Source: a virus (Duplodnaviria > Caudoviricetes). From it: a stretch of DNA of 53,432 nucleotides. The position numbers and the translations under genes are program-made. The notes under the pieces were generated by a model. The model was not told the origin of the DNA. It saw nothing but the letters and a program-made list of their open reading frames with translations, and did no database searches. The stretch covers positions 1 to 53,432 of IMG/VR virus record IMGVR_UViG_3300002988_000051; one strand, given 5' to 3'. Of the stretch, positions 16,238-24,254 are shown piece after piece; position 1 is the stretch's first letter, and every line of letters begins with the position of its first letter.

Positions 16238-16308
16238 TTCTCGCTTCAGCGAAATCTCGGTGTAATGAGATGTTCGCGCTTGACGAATTCTCGTTACAGC
16301 GAGAATAT
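16238..16308 (+). promoter_or_regulatory. OR operators and PR promoter
   Basis: TTCTCG-N6-CGAAAT (16238-55), ATCTCG-N6-TGAGAT (16254-71), perfect ATTCTCG-N6-CGAGAAT (16287-306); TTGACG (16280-85)-N17-GAATAT (16303-08). Confidence 0.82.
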
Positions 16309-16313
16309 GCGGC

Positions 16314-16526
16314 ATGACCATCAGTTCCGAAATCGCTCATCTGCGGGCGCTCCTCAACGCTCGTGGTGTGAAAATCGACCGCATCGCCAAGAAAGCGGGG
16401 CTGTCCTGGTGTGCGGTAAAGGCCGTTGCCGACGGTACCGGCGACCCAAAAGGGTCAACGCTTTGCGCGATCGAAAGCGCAATGGACGCCGACCCTCCCT
16501 CCTCCACCGAGGAGAGGGCGGCATGA
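16314..16526 (+). CDS. Cro-like HTH regulator
   Basis: IDRIAKKAGLSWCAVKAVADGTGDPKGSTLCAIE HTH; first gene after PR, apparently leaderless. Confidence 0.8.
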   Translation: MTISSEIAHLRALLNARGVKIDRIAKKAGLSWCAVKAVADGTGDPKGSTLCAIESAMDADPPSSTEERAA

Positions 16527-16616
16527 AACGCGTCATGATTCACGCCACCCTCGTAATGGGCGGACCGCGAGGCGGAAGCCTCATGGAAGCCGGCGCCTCG
16601 GCGACCGAGCCTCCGA

Positions 16617-16892
16617 TTATTGTGTTCCGCCCGATGGAGGAACCTTCAGAAAGTCGCGAAACGTGGCTCTCTCGGGTGATTCGAGTGGTCGGATCATCCA
16701 TTCGAGCACTCGCGCGGCTTCCGCGCCGTCGTCGTATGTCGCCAGATCGTTGCGCCTCATGCGCAGGATGTTCGCGAGATCGGGGGCTGAAGTGATGCCT
16801 CGCGCGACCAAAACCTCGGCGATGACGTTGAGGGCCGATATCACGCCGATCATGTGCGGCGAGAAATTCAGGTCTGAGTTCAAGTCCGACAT
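16617..16892 (-). CDS. 91-aa antisense cargo gene 1
   Basis: MSDLNSDLNFSPHMIGVISALNVIAEVLVARGI...; AAGGGA RBS; globular-protein-like composition. Confidence 0.65.
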   Translation of the reverse strand: MSDLNSDLNFSPHMIGVISALNVIAEVLVARGITSAPDLANILRMRRNDLATYDDGAEAARVLEWMIRPLESPERATFRDFLKVPPSGGTQ

Positions 16893-17000
16893 TGGAGTTC
16901 CCTTTGGAGAGGTTTGTGTTGGAACTTCCACCCTGAAGGGAGCCGCGGGGGGAGTCCATCTCCCCGCGACAAGCCGCTTCCCCTCCACCGAGGAGGCGGC

Positions 17001-17282
17001 ATGATGCTGGCGGCGATATCCCCGGCGACCGAACGGGCCGAGAGGCTTGTGGAGCAAATCAAGGCGCAAGCCGATCGCGCGCTCGACGAGTTCGGGGCGT
17101 CGCTGTCCGGCTTCGCGATCACGGTTTGGGACGCGCGCGGAGGAGCGCGAACGGCGGTGAACTGCCAAGAGGGGCCGATCGCGTCGGCGCTCATCCCCTC
17201 CTTCGTTCACGACGCGATGAACAGGCACATCAACGTCGTCTTCCTTCAAAACTCCGTGTCGGAGGCGCTGGAAGATGACTAA
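17001..17282 (+). CDS. 93-aa hypothetical protein
   Basis: GAGGAGG RBS; LSGFAITVWD..G motif; ATGA coupling. Confidence 0.7.
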   Translation: MMLAAISPATERAERLVEQIKAQADRALDEFGASLSGFAITVWDARGGARTAVNCQEGPIASALIPSFVHDAMNRHINVVFLQNSVSEALEDD

Positions 17283-17336
17283 GGCCAACTCCCCCCGACA
17301 ACAACAGCGAAAGGCGCCCGAAAGGGCGGATGAAAG

Positions 17337-17510
17337 ATGCTTGATCCCGAAAGCGCGCGCTTTGATTGCCTCCGACTCGCCGTCGATTTGGCGAAGGAGC
17401 GAAGCTCGATTTGCGTCGAAGGCCCGGCCTCGGTCGTCGCATTTGCCGAGGCTTTCGCGGACTTCGTGCTCGGAACGCGCGAAGCCGATGGCGGCGACGC
17501 GCGCCCCTGA
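17337..17510 (+). CDS. 57-aa hypothetical protein (not in ORF track)
   Basis: Hand translation MLDPESARFDCLRLAVDLAKERSSICVEGPASVVAFAEAFADFVLGTREADGGDARP; two-helix pattern typical of small phage proteins. Confidence 0.55.
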   Translation: MLDPESARFDCLRLAVDLAKERSSICVEGPASVVAFAEAFADFVLGTREADGGDARP

Positions 17511-17520
17511 GAAGCCGGAG

Positions 17521-17709
17521 TCACTCAGGCTTGCGGCGGCCTTGGACGGCGAAAAGGCACTCGGCGTAGGTGTCGAGGATGTACTTTCTTTCGGCGTGGT
17601 CCCGCTGTTCGTGCTGGCGGACAAGGGTAAGGGATTTGTCGTCCGCCGCCGCGACGAGGCGAAGAAGCTCAAGAGCGACCGCTTCCGGTGTTTGCGCGGT
17701 ATCAGGCAT
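17521..17709 (-). CDS. 62-aa antisense cargo gene 2
   Basis: GGAG RBS; TPEAVALELLRLVA...RKYILDTYAECLFAVQG. Confidence 0.65.
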   Translation of the reverse strand: MPDTAQTPEAVALELLRLVAAADDKSLTLVRQHEQRDHAERKYILDTYAECLFAVQGRRKPE

Positions 17710-17809
17710 GATCCGTTCTCCATGGTTGGACTTGACACCCCCATGGTAGCGCGCGCGGGAGGCGTCGTCACGGCGTCTCCCGCAACCGATAGGGTGCGCT
17801 GATGCGCAC

Positions 17810-18097
17810 TTATCGCGGGCGAACCACGCGCGGCTCCTCGAATCCGCAGTCTCGGCAAACCCAACGCTGGAGCGTTGTCCCGTCTCCACGCCCGACGACG
17901 CTCTCCATGCGCGCGGCCCTGGCGCCGCAATGCGGACACGCGTCCGCCGGATGCTTTTCCAGCAGTTTCTCCAACTCGGCGACGCGGCGTTCCAGAGCGT
18001 CGAGACGGTCCGGGCATTTCCCGACTTTCAGCCATTTCGGCATCGATCCGAAGAACGCCATCACGTCCTTGAGGAGGCCCGCCAATGGGTAATCCAT
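17810..18097 (-). CDS. Antisense cargo gene 3: coiled coil + zinc ribbon
   Basis: LDALERRVAELEKLL followed by CPHC...CRDC. Confidence 0.7.
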   Translation of the reverse strand: MDYPLAGLLKDVMAFFGSMPKWLKVGKCPDRLDALERRVAELEKLLEKHPADACPHCGARAARMESVVGRGDGTTLQRWVCRDCGFEEPRVVRPR

Positions 18098-18321
18098 TCC
18101 GCAACTCCGATACGCCGTGGAACCGCGACCTGTTCGAGTTCAACCATGGGAAGGCGAGCATGACTCGCTTTCCCCCAAACGTCGAGCGGATCGCGGTTGA
18201 GAGGGGCGCGAGCGGGGTCACCCTCGTCACGAGCCGGAACGACACCGAGCTTCGGTTTCCGCTTTCCCGGAGCGACGCCGCGCACTTGGCGACGCTGCTG
18301 AACGGTGAGGGTGAGGCGTGA
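18085..18321 (+). CDS. Hypothetical protein
   Basis: GAGGAGG RBS before ATG 18085 (alternative start 18160); LRFPLSRSDAAHLATLL. Confidence 0.55.
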   Translation: MGNPFRNSDTPWNRDLFEFNHGKASMTRFPPNVERIAVERGASGVTLVTSRNDTELRFPLSRSDAAHLATLLNGEGEA

Positions 18322-18328
18322 TGCGTCG

Positions 18329-18538
18329 TCACTCGTACACCTCCACCCGTTCGACCTTCCCGCACATGTCGCATTTCACGACGCGCGCCGCGAAGCCTCG
18401 ACGCTTGGCGATCGGGACCATCACGCCGATGCGGCAAGTCGGGCACGGCGCGCAATCCTCGTACCGGGCGCGGATCGTCAGTTCCCAGACCTCGGCGGGA
18501 GCGCGGGCGGCGGTTGAACCCGGCTTCGCCTCAACCAT
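18329..18538 (-). CDS. Antisense cargo gene 4: zinc ribbon
   Basis: CPTC...CDMC in 69 aa. Confidence 0.55.
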   Translation of the reverse strand: MVEAKPGSTAARAPAEVWELTIRARYEDCAPCPTCRIGVMVPIAKRRGFAARVVKCDMCGKVERVEVYE

Positions 18539-18663
18539 GACGCTTTCCCGATCGGAGCTTCGCCGTGCCGCTTCCGCCTTTCGGAATCGTGTTTCTCGGG
18601 ATCGTCGTCTGGACCTTCGGCCCGACCGTCGTCCGGCTGCTGTTCGGCGTGTGAGGTGATCGC

Positions 18664-19131
18664 ATGGCCGGATCTCTCCAGATGTCGCTGATGCCGTCGA
18701 TGCGCGCGCCGGACCGTCGCCCCCGAGAGGAGACGGAGGCGTTGTCGCTCGACCTAGGCGATCCTCCGACCAAACCTTCAGCGGACGAAGGCGCGAAATC
18801 AGACCTCATGTTTCGCGGAGAGCGCGCGGATCGGCGTGAGCGCGCGGATCGTCTGGCGAGGATCCTGCGGATGTTGACGGCGCTCGACGCCGATTGGAGC
18901 CGTCTGAAAAGGCTCTGCCGGATGATCGAAGCCAAGACCGGGCGCGCGCCCGTGGAGCGCACCGTCGACGGGTGGCTGAAGGGCCGCGAGCCGGGGCCGG
19001 ACGGCTGGGAGGATCTCAAACTCGTCTTCGGCGACGGCCTCTGGACCTACGTCTTTTACCCGCGATCCGAACAGGCCGAGCGTTGGTTCGCCGATGTACT
19101 GAAACGCGCCGCCGGGAGGGACCGCCGATGA
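18664..19131 (+). CDS. CII-position HTH-like protein
   Basis: GAGGTG RBS; ERTVDGWLKG.EP...W..L..VFG resembles HTH proteins found after cro in alphaproteobacterial prophages. Confidence 0.55.
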   Translation: MAGSLQMSLMPSMRAPDRRPREETEALSLDLGDPPTKPSADEGAKSDLMFRGERADRRERADRLARILRMLTALDADWSRLKRLCRMIEAKTGRAPVERTVDGWLKGREPGPDGWEDLKLVFGDGLWTYVFYPRSEQAERWFADVLKRAAGRDRR

Positions 19132-19439
19132 ACGCCGGCAATCCCTTCGCTCGCGAAAGCTGGTCGCCTCCGCTGTCGGAGGTCGACCGATCCCCGATCA
19201 TGAGTGACCGCGACCGCGCGAAGGCTCTGGCCGCTCTCGCCGCGCGGGCGATCGAAAACGGCTTTCCGATCCGGCGCATCGGCCTCGCGGAGGCGGTCGA
19301 ATACGACATCGCCGGGAACGGTGTCGACGCCGTGAAGTCCGCCATTCAGAAGGCGCGCGCCTCGCGGCGTGGGACCAAACGCGCCGAGATGGTCGAGAGG
19401 GCCAAGGCGAAGACCGCGAAAAAGAAGGGGGCGGCCTGA
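19128..19439 (+). CDS. 103-aa hypothetical protein with basic tail
   Basis: GGGAGG RBS; ATGA coupling. Confidence 0.6.
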   Translation: MNAGNPFARESWSPPLSEVDRSPIMSDRDRAKALAALAARAIENGFPIRRIGLAEAVEYDIAGNGVDAVKSAIQKARASRRGTKRAEMVERAKAKTAKKKGAA

Positions 19440-19492
19440 TCCGCCGCCCTGATCCCCGTTCCACCGCTCATTCCAGAAAGGAGACCGTCAAC

Positions 19493-20989
19493 ATGGCTCG
19501 AGGAAAATCCGCCGTCAAATCGGTGATCAACATCGGCGATGCCGATCGCGCCGACGCGTTGCGCCGGGCGTCGTCGACGATCATCAAGGCTCAGGCCGAT
19601 ATCGATGAGGCTCGGGCGCCGGTCAAAACCGCGATGGGCGCTGTGAAGGCCGCCGGGATCGACGCCAAGGTCTTCAAGCTGTTCCACGGCATTCGCCATC
19701 TTGAGAGCGACGACCAGAGGGTCAAGGCCCTACGGCAAGTCGACGTCGTCCGCGAAGCTCTCCTTGGCGACGTGGAGACATCGGACCTTTTCAAGAGCGG
19801 GGCCAAGGCCGCGTTGCCGCCGGACACCGCCGCCGCGTTGCGCGACGCCTCCGACCAAATGGCCGATGACGAGCCGCCGTTCGACCTCGGCGACGAGCCG
19901 GCCGAGATCGAGGCGTCCAATGATGAGGGGGGAGACGGTTCCGCCGTCGTCGAACCGCCCGCCGCCGAAGCCGATTTCGAGGGTGCCGCCCGCGACGAGG
20001 GCGAGGTGCCCGAGGACGCGGGTTGGGCGTTCAACACAGGGCGCGTGGCGGGCCGGGCCGGTCAGGACACGAACATCTTCGACCCCGACACTCCCTCCTG
20101 GGAACTTTGGAACAAGGGATACGCCAAAGGCGCGGCGGAGCGCGAGGCGGCGGCGCACCGGTTCTCGATCGAGGAACGCGACGACGGCCTGGACCTGCGC
20201 GACACCACGAGCGGAGACGACGTGTTGACGTTGGGCTTCGGGGCGGGCGACGAGGCCGACGCTCTGGCCGACGCTCTCAACACCGCGAACGCCGCCGTCG
20301 ACATGTCGGACGTCGAGATCGTCGCCGGAATCCGCGACATCATGGTCAACGCCGACGGCGTGTCGTGGGTGTGGTGCACACGCTGGCAGGGGGTGGCCGA
20401 CGGGGGCGATATCCCCACCCAGACCGACGGCGAGGGTTCCACCCTGGACGATGAACGTCGCCTCACCCCGTCCGGCGTCGACGTGACGGACGTCGTCCTC
20501 CCGACTCCGCCGAAGCGCGGCAAGCCGTCCGCGACAACGCTGGCCGAGGCCGAGCGGGTCGGTCGCGAGTATCACGCTCTCGGCGCCGATCGAGACTCCG
20601 ACCAGCCCGAGTTCTTCACACCGCTGATGGTCCAGGCCTATCGCGACGGCTGGGACGAGGCGGAGAAAGCGGCGAAGGCGAACGACGAGAGTGTGGTCGA
20701 CGCCGAGATCGAGGTGATCCCCCGTCTCGTCGTGCGCGACGGCACCCGCGGCCCCGTCGTTTTCGACACCCTGGCGGACCGCCCCCTGATCGACTGCGGT
20801 ACCTCGGCGGCGGGTGAAGCGTGGATCGCCGAGATCACCGAGGAGCGCGGCGAGAGCCTGGACGGCACGCCGTCGGCGGTCCTGCGCGAGGCCCTCGTTG
20901 AGTTGGCCAAGGCCGGATCGCCGCGTCCGCGTTCGATCACCCCGCCTCCGGTCGCGGGTGATGCCGCCGGCCTCGCGGCGGCGGTGTGA
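19493..20989 (+). CDS. GapR-like N-terminal domain fused to a long acidic repeated region
   Basis: AAGGAG RBS; ...IDEARAPVKTAMGAVKAAGIDAKVFKLFHGIR...REALLG fits the GapR/DUF2312 pattern; two Rmf-like G..AG..G...W..GY/W motifs. Confidence 0.6.
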   Translation: MARGKSAVKSVINIGDADRADALRRASSTIIKAQADIDEARAPVKTAMGAVKAAGIDAKVFKLFHGIRHLESDDQRVKALRQVDVVREALLGDVETSDLFKSGAKAALPPDTAAALRDASDQMADDEPPFDLGDEPAEIEASNDEGGDGSAVVEPPAAEADFEGAARDEGEVPEDAGWAFNTGRVAGRAGQDTNIFDPDTPSWELWNKGYAKGAAEREAAAHRFSIEERDDGLDLRDTTSGDDVLTLGFGAGDEADALADALNTANAAVDMSDVEIVAGIRDIMVNADGVSWVWCTRWQGVADGGDIPTQTDGEGSTLDDERRLTPSGVDVTDVVLPTPPKRGKPSATTLAEAERVGREYHALGADRDSDQPEFFTPLMVQAYRDGWDEAEKAAKANDESVVDAEIEVIPRLVVRDGTRGPVVFDTLADRPLIDCGTSAAGEAWIAEITEERGESLDGTPSAVLREALVELAKAGSPRPRSITPPPVAGDAAGLAAAV

Positions 20990-21417
20990 TCATGGGCGGC
21001 GTGAACGAGGAGCATGAGGAGTTCTGGACGCGCGGCGACCTCATCGCCGCGTTCACCATCCCCGGCGAGCCGGCCGCGAAGGGCAACAGCCGCAAGCTGG
21101 CGACCCTTCACGGGCGGCCGGCTCTGATCAAGTCCGACAAGGGGCGGGCGTTCGAGGCGATCGCGGCGACGTTCGTTCCGACGATTGATCCTCCGTTCGG
21201 CGGTGACGTCTGGCTTGAGTGCCGCGTCTTCTACGCCAGCCGCCGCCCGGACCTCGACTCCTCGCTCGTTCGCGACGCGCTGCAGGAACGCGTGCTGGTC
21301 AACGACCGGCAGATTCGCGCCGCTCTCGAATGGGGGTTCGTCGACAAGACCCGCCCCCGCGTCGAGGTCCGGGTGTTCAAGGCCGCGCTCGGCGCGCGGC
21401 GGCGGGAGGCGGCATGA
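20986..21417 (+). CDS. rusA: RusA-like Holliday junction resolvase
   Basis: FTIPGEPAAKGNSR, RRPDLD, DALQ..VLVNDRQI, PRVEVRV. Confidence 0.8.
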   Translation: MIMGGVNEEHEEFWTRGDLIAAFTIPGEPAAKGNSRKLATLHGRPALIKSDKGRAFEAIAATFVPTIDPPFGGDVWLECRVFYASRRPDLDSSLVRDALQERVLVNDRQIRAALEWGFVDKTRPRVEVRVFKAALGARRREAA

Positions 21418-22793
21418 ACGCGCACCGCCCCACGCCCCGCCCCTACCAAGAGCGGAACACCGCCGAGATCCTGGCGTGCCACCAACGCGGGGTGCGCGGC
21501 ACGCTCTACGCGCTGCCGACCGCCGGGGGGAAGACCGTCGTCTCCTCCGGCGTCATTCGCGTGATGACCGAGGTGGCGCAGCGCCGCACGGTGATGCTCG
21601 TCCACCGGCGCGAGTTGCTTCGGCAATCCGTCCGCACGCTGGCATCCGTCGGCGTCGAGGCGGGGATCGTCGACCCGGATCACGACCCCGACCCGGCGCG
21701 CCTCGTCCACGTCGCTTCGATCGACTGCCTGAAGGCCCGCAAGCGCCGCCTCGCCGATTGGCTGGCCGATATCGGCTTCGCGGTGATCGACGAGGCTCAC
21801 CACACCATAGCGCCGGGGTGGGCCGAGTTGCTGACGGAATGGATGCCCCGCGCGCAACGCCTCGGCCTGACCGCCACCCCTTTCCGGGGCGACGGCAAGC
21901 CGTTGGGGTCGATATTCAACGAGGCGGTTCGCGGTCCCCCCGTCAAATCCCTGATCGCCGACGGCTGGCTCTGCCCGCCGGAGGTTTGGGCGCCGTTCGC
22001 GAACCTCGACCTTTCCGGTGTCAAGGTTTCTCGCGGCGATTACGTCCAGGCCGATCTCGGTCGCGTCATGGACGACGACGTCATCACCACCGAGGCGGTC
22101 AGGCAATACGCGCGGCGGATGCCGGGGGAACCGGCCATCGCCTTTTGCGTCTCCGTGGATCACGCCCGCCACGTCGCCGAGGCGTTCTCGCGCGCGGGTT
22201 GGGTGGCGCGGTCGGTCGACGGCGGTATGGACGAGGATGAGCGCGACGCGGCGATCCTGGGTCTGGCCGAGGGCCGGGTCCAGGTGCTGACCAGCTGCGA
22301 GATCGTCAGCGAGGGGACCGACATCCCCGTCGTGTCCGGCGCGCTCCTCCTGCGCCCAACCCAATCAACACAGAAGATGATGCAGCAGGTCGGGCGGGTG
22401 TTGCGGATTTATCCCGGCAAGACCCGCTCGGTGATCATCGACCTCGCCGACAACATCCGGGCCCACGGCATGCCCGAGGCCGACCGCGACTGGACGCTCG
22501 ACGAGGGTCTGTCTCCGATCGTCCCGAGAACCTTCCGCTGCCCCAATTGCACGCGCCGCTTCGAGGCGGCGCCGGTCTGCCCCGAATGCGGGCGGACCTT
22601 CCGCAAGGCTTTCGCCGCCGCCGACGAGAAGCAATTGAGCCTTCTCGCCGACAGCATGATCCGCGTCACCCGCGCCGAGCTGCTGGAACGATTGGCGCGG
22701 AGCCGCGCCGATCTGGAGCGGATCCAACGGGTCAAGGGCTTCAGGCCCGGTTGGGTTCACTACGCGGCCCAACGAACCGGAATCACGAGGTAA
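21414..22793 (+). CDS. SF2 DEAH helicase with C-terminal zinc finger
   Basis: RPYQ, LPTAGGKT, IDEAHH, GLTATP, QQVGRVLR, CPNC/CPEC. Confidence 0.92.
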   Translation: MNAHRPTPRPYQERNTAEILACHQRGVRGTLYALPTAGGKTVVSSGVIRVMTEVAQRRTVMLVHRRELLRQSVRTLASVGVEAGIVDPDHDPDPARLVHVASIDCLKARKRRLADWLADIGFAVIDEAHHTIAPGWAELLTEWMPRAQRLGLTATPFRGDGKPLGSIFNEAVRGPPVKSLIADGWLCPPEVWAPFANLDLSGVKVSRGDYVQADLGRVMDDDVITTEAVRQYARRMPGEPAIAFCVSVDHARHVAEAFSRAGWVARSVDGGMDEDERDAAILGLAEGRVQVLTSCEIVSEGTDIPVVSGALLLRPTQSTQKMMQQVGRVLRIYPGKTRSVIIDLADNIRAHGMPEADRDWTLDEGLSPIVPRTFRCPNCTRRFEAAPVCPECGRTFRKAFAAADEKQLSLLADSMIRVTRAELLERLARSRADLERIQRVKGFRPGWVHYAAQRTGITR

Positions 22794-22797
22794 CGCC

Positions 22798-24060
22798 ATG
22801 GCCCGCATCCGTTCCATTTTTCCCGGCCAATGGACCGACGAGGATTTTGTCGAGTGCTCGGCGACGGCTCGCCTACTCGCGTTGGCTCTCCGAAATGAGT
22901 CCGACGACCAGGGTGTTTTCGAATGGAAGCCGGTCGGACTGAAGATGCGGCTGATGCCCGCCGACGGCGCCGACATCAACGAGTTGCTGGACGAGTTGGT
23001 CGAGCATCGGCAGATCATGCGGTACGAGATTGGAGGGCGCGTCTACGGCGCGATCCGCAATTTCATGGTCTGGCAGCGTCCGAAGAAACCGCGCGCGCTG
23101 CATCCCACCACACCCGAGGTTCTGAACTGGGTCGGAAAAGGCCGACGCTCACCGGACGGCGGTTCGGAACCGGCGGACGATGATCCACCCCGAGGTTCCG
23201 GACCGGTACGGAACGAGAGGGGGAATGAAAGGCTGCCCGTTCCCCACCGGGCCGGAACCGACAACGCTTCATCCGCGACGAATTCGGAACCCGTTCCGAA
23301 CGGGTGTGGAACTCGCGCCGCTTCACCATCGCCAAGTTCCGAACCGGTCCCGAACCAGTTCGGAATTCACTCCGCGGATAGGAGGAGGGAGGAGGTAGGA
23401 GGTAAGAGGGAAGTAAGTTCAAGATCCGGCGCGGCGGCGGCTTTCACGCGCGCTCGCGCGTCCACGCGCGACGGCCCGCCGCCGCCCGAGGATGATCGGG
23501 ATTTGGATTCCGGCGTCCAGGCCGCCGTCTCGACCGTGAAAACGGCGGTTTCCAAGGCGTTCGAGACTTGGTTCGATCTTCCAGATCGCCCGATCTCCCC
23601 CAGCGACGAGGAGCTTTTCGCCGCGTGGATCGCCGAGGGAACGGGTCGCGGAGTGAGCGCGGACGCCGTCGCTCGGGCCGCCGCCGAGGAGGTCGACCGG
23701 CAGTTCCGGCGGATGTCCGAGCGCAAGCCCGACGACCCGCCGCGCCGCCTTTCCGCCGTCCTCGACGAGGACGTGCGCCGGGCCGTCGCTCAAGCCGCCG
23801 CGACGCGATCGGCGAGACCGTCGTCCCCGCCCGTCGTCGTCCCCTCCCCTTGGGCCGAGAGGTTCGACGCGACCACGTACCGGACCTGGATCGCTCCGAT
23901 CGTCGACGAGATCGTGGTCGACGAGGGCAAGGCGGTGATCACCGTGCCAAACATACTTTCCCGAGACTGGATCGGAGGGAGGTTCGAGGCCGACATCCGC
24001 CACTGTCTCGGCGTGAACGAGATCGAGGTCGTCGTCGCGAAAGCCGTGGAGGCCGCGTGA
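22798..24060 (+). CDS. Replication initiator with C-terminal DnaA domain-I-like module
   Basis: MARIRSIFP..WTDEDF...DDQG.F replisome-organiser N-terminus; internal iterons; C-terminal TYRTWIAP...ITVPNILSRDWI..RF like DnaA_N. Confidence 0.8.
   Translation: MARIRSIFPGQWTDEDFVECSATARLLALALRNESDDQGVFEWKPVGLKMRLMPADGADINELLDELVEHRQIMRYEIGGRVYGAIRNFMVWQRPKKPRALHPTTPEVLNWVGKGRRSPDGGSEPADDDPPRGSGPVRNERGNERLPVPHRAGTDNASSATNSEPVPNGCGTRAASPSPSSEPVPNQFGIHSADRRREEVGGKREVSSRSGAAAAFTRARASTRDGPPPPEDDRDLDSGVQAAVSTVKTAVSKAFETWFDLPDRPISPSDEELFAAWIAEGTGRGVSADAVARAAAEEVDRQFRRMSERKPDDPPRRLSAVLDEDVRRAVAQAAATRSARPSSPPVVVPSPWAERFDATTYRTWIAPIVDEIVVDEGKAVITVPNILSRDWIGGRFEADIRHCLGVNEIEVVVAKAVEAA
23162..23368. repeat. 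11-bp iterons (consensus GTTCSGAACCG), probable replication origin
   Basis: Units at 23162, 23195, 23206, 23239, 23250, 23282, 23293, 23304, 23336, 23347 and 23358 inside the initiator gene. Confidence 0.72.
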
Positions 24061-24254
24061 TGACCTCAGACGCCAACGCCGAAATCACCCTCGCCGACAT
24101 CCCCGACGCCGAACGCCAGCCCTGCGAAATCTGGACGCGGGTGATGGGCTACCACCGCCCGGTCTCGGCGTTCAACAGGGGCAAGCGTTCGGAGTATTTC
24201 GAGCGCAAACCGTTCCGCGAGGAGTTGGCGGGACTGGACGACGGGGAGGAATGA
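24060..24254 (+). CDS. 64-aa stand-alone class III ribonucleotide reductase (NrdD) C-terminal glycyl-radical domain
   Basis: ERQPCEIWTRVMGYHRPVSAFNRGKRSEYFERKPF carries the RVxGY glycyl-radical loop; GGAGG RBS; coupled on both sides. Confidence 0.82.
   Translation: MTSDANAEITLADIPDAERQPCEIWTRVMGYHRPVSAFNRGKRSEYFERKPFREELAGLDDGEE

Noticed and set aside
16617-18455. 612-aa minus-strand ORF as one gene
   Set aside because: Only the last 91 codons look protein-like and have an RBS; the rest overlaps better-supported genes in other frames.
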